Assembly (NCBI GenBank): GCA_965178125.1
Contig: OZ237745.1
Span: forward strand, 434,001-498,000
From: Bilabrum cf. latius
Lineage: Eukaryota
Reading direction: 5' to 3'
Length of the DNA stretch: 64,000 nucleotides
Made by a program: the position numbers and the translations under genes. The notes below the pieces were generated by a model that ran no database searches, was not told the DNA's origin, and saw nothing but the letters and a program-made list of their open reading frames with translations. Positions 63,445 through 64,000 of this stretch are shown here, in pieces (position 1 is the first letter of the stretch; every line of letters begins with the position of its first letter).

Positions 63445-64000
63445 AGGAGACAACTCAAATTACTATTCTGATTCGCAGGCAATCTACTTTGTTCCGATGC
63501 AGGGAAGGAAATGAATAGACGGAATTTGGGAAAGTGCCAGCGGAACCGAGCACGGCGACTGCGCGGCGCCACAAGGACTTGCTTGCCAGATACAAAACGC
63601 GCGACACAGAACCCTAAATTGTGGTTTCACGGCAGTTGTCAATTGAATATTTATATCATTGTTAGATGTCATGATATTGCGCTGCATGGATCTGTAAATA
63701 GTACGCTACTCAACTTCTCCCTATCCCGTAGCACGCATTGAACTTGCATTCTTTTCTACGATTGCAGCAATTGAAGAGGCTAGCCTCGTAGCATGCAGAC
63801 TCTTAAACGTACGAGAATTGTGCCACGAGTACTCCGTTGCCGCGGATGGCAAAGGCAACAGGTGCGTACAATGATCCGTCATGCGGAACGCGCACGACAA
63901 CCGCTGTCGTATGTGCACGGTGCCGACAGCGAAGCACTTTCGCACGAGACCCTGCCCCATGTGCTCTATGCTGCGGCCCATGACTTTGGCGACAGGCCCG

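Noticed and set aside
63680-64000. Start of a further gene at the window edge
   Set aside because: Possible exon and donor near 63860, but too little sequence to call strand or product.

Overview
GC-rich, gene-dense nuclear DNA from a eukaryotic microbe, with short GT(GAG)-AG spliceosomal introns; the host lineage cannot be assigned from this window. The main signal is a non-standard nuclear genetic code in which TAG is read as glutamine while TGA and TAA still terminate. About 70 in-frame TAGs sit inside otherwise intact genes. Several occupy highly conserved Gln positions: prenyltransferase AF[Q]IMDD and DDF[Q]D, PPi-PFK SGG[Q]APGG and YSPV[Q]IAR, Rpn12 YA[Q]LQPYY. Every gene end I could fix is TGA, except Hsp70 (TAA). 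Reading TAG as Gln joins the fragmented ORF track into full genes. These are a 3152-aa SH3+FH2 formin, a PX + CrtC/AttH-like + polyprenyl synthase fusion, Rpn12, a Cys-rich membrane protein, a purple acid phosphatase, a head-to-head PPi-PFK beta/alpha pair, a bacterial-like secreted protein, a DXD glycosyltransferase, a 2OG-Fe(II) oxygenase, mitochondrial SerRS, a bacterial-type ALDH, Hsp70 and Dim1. An accessory island (~21.8-42.3 kb) holds two ~4.2-kb direct copies of a P-loop NTPase + restriction-endonuclease-fold (Crinkler/RHS-like) gene. Between them lie RLE non-LTR retrotransposon fragments, an RT-like ORF lacking YADD, and a hAT-derived element with TIRs and an 8-bp TSD.
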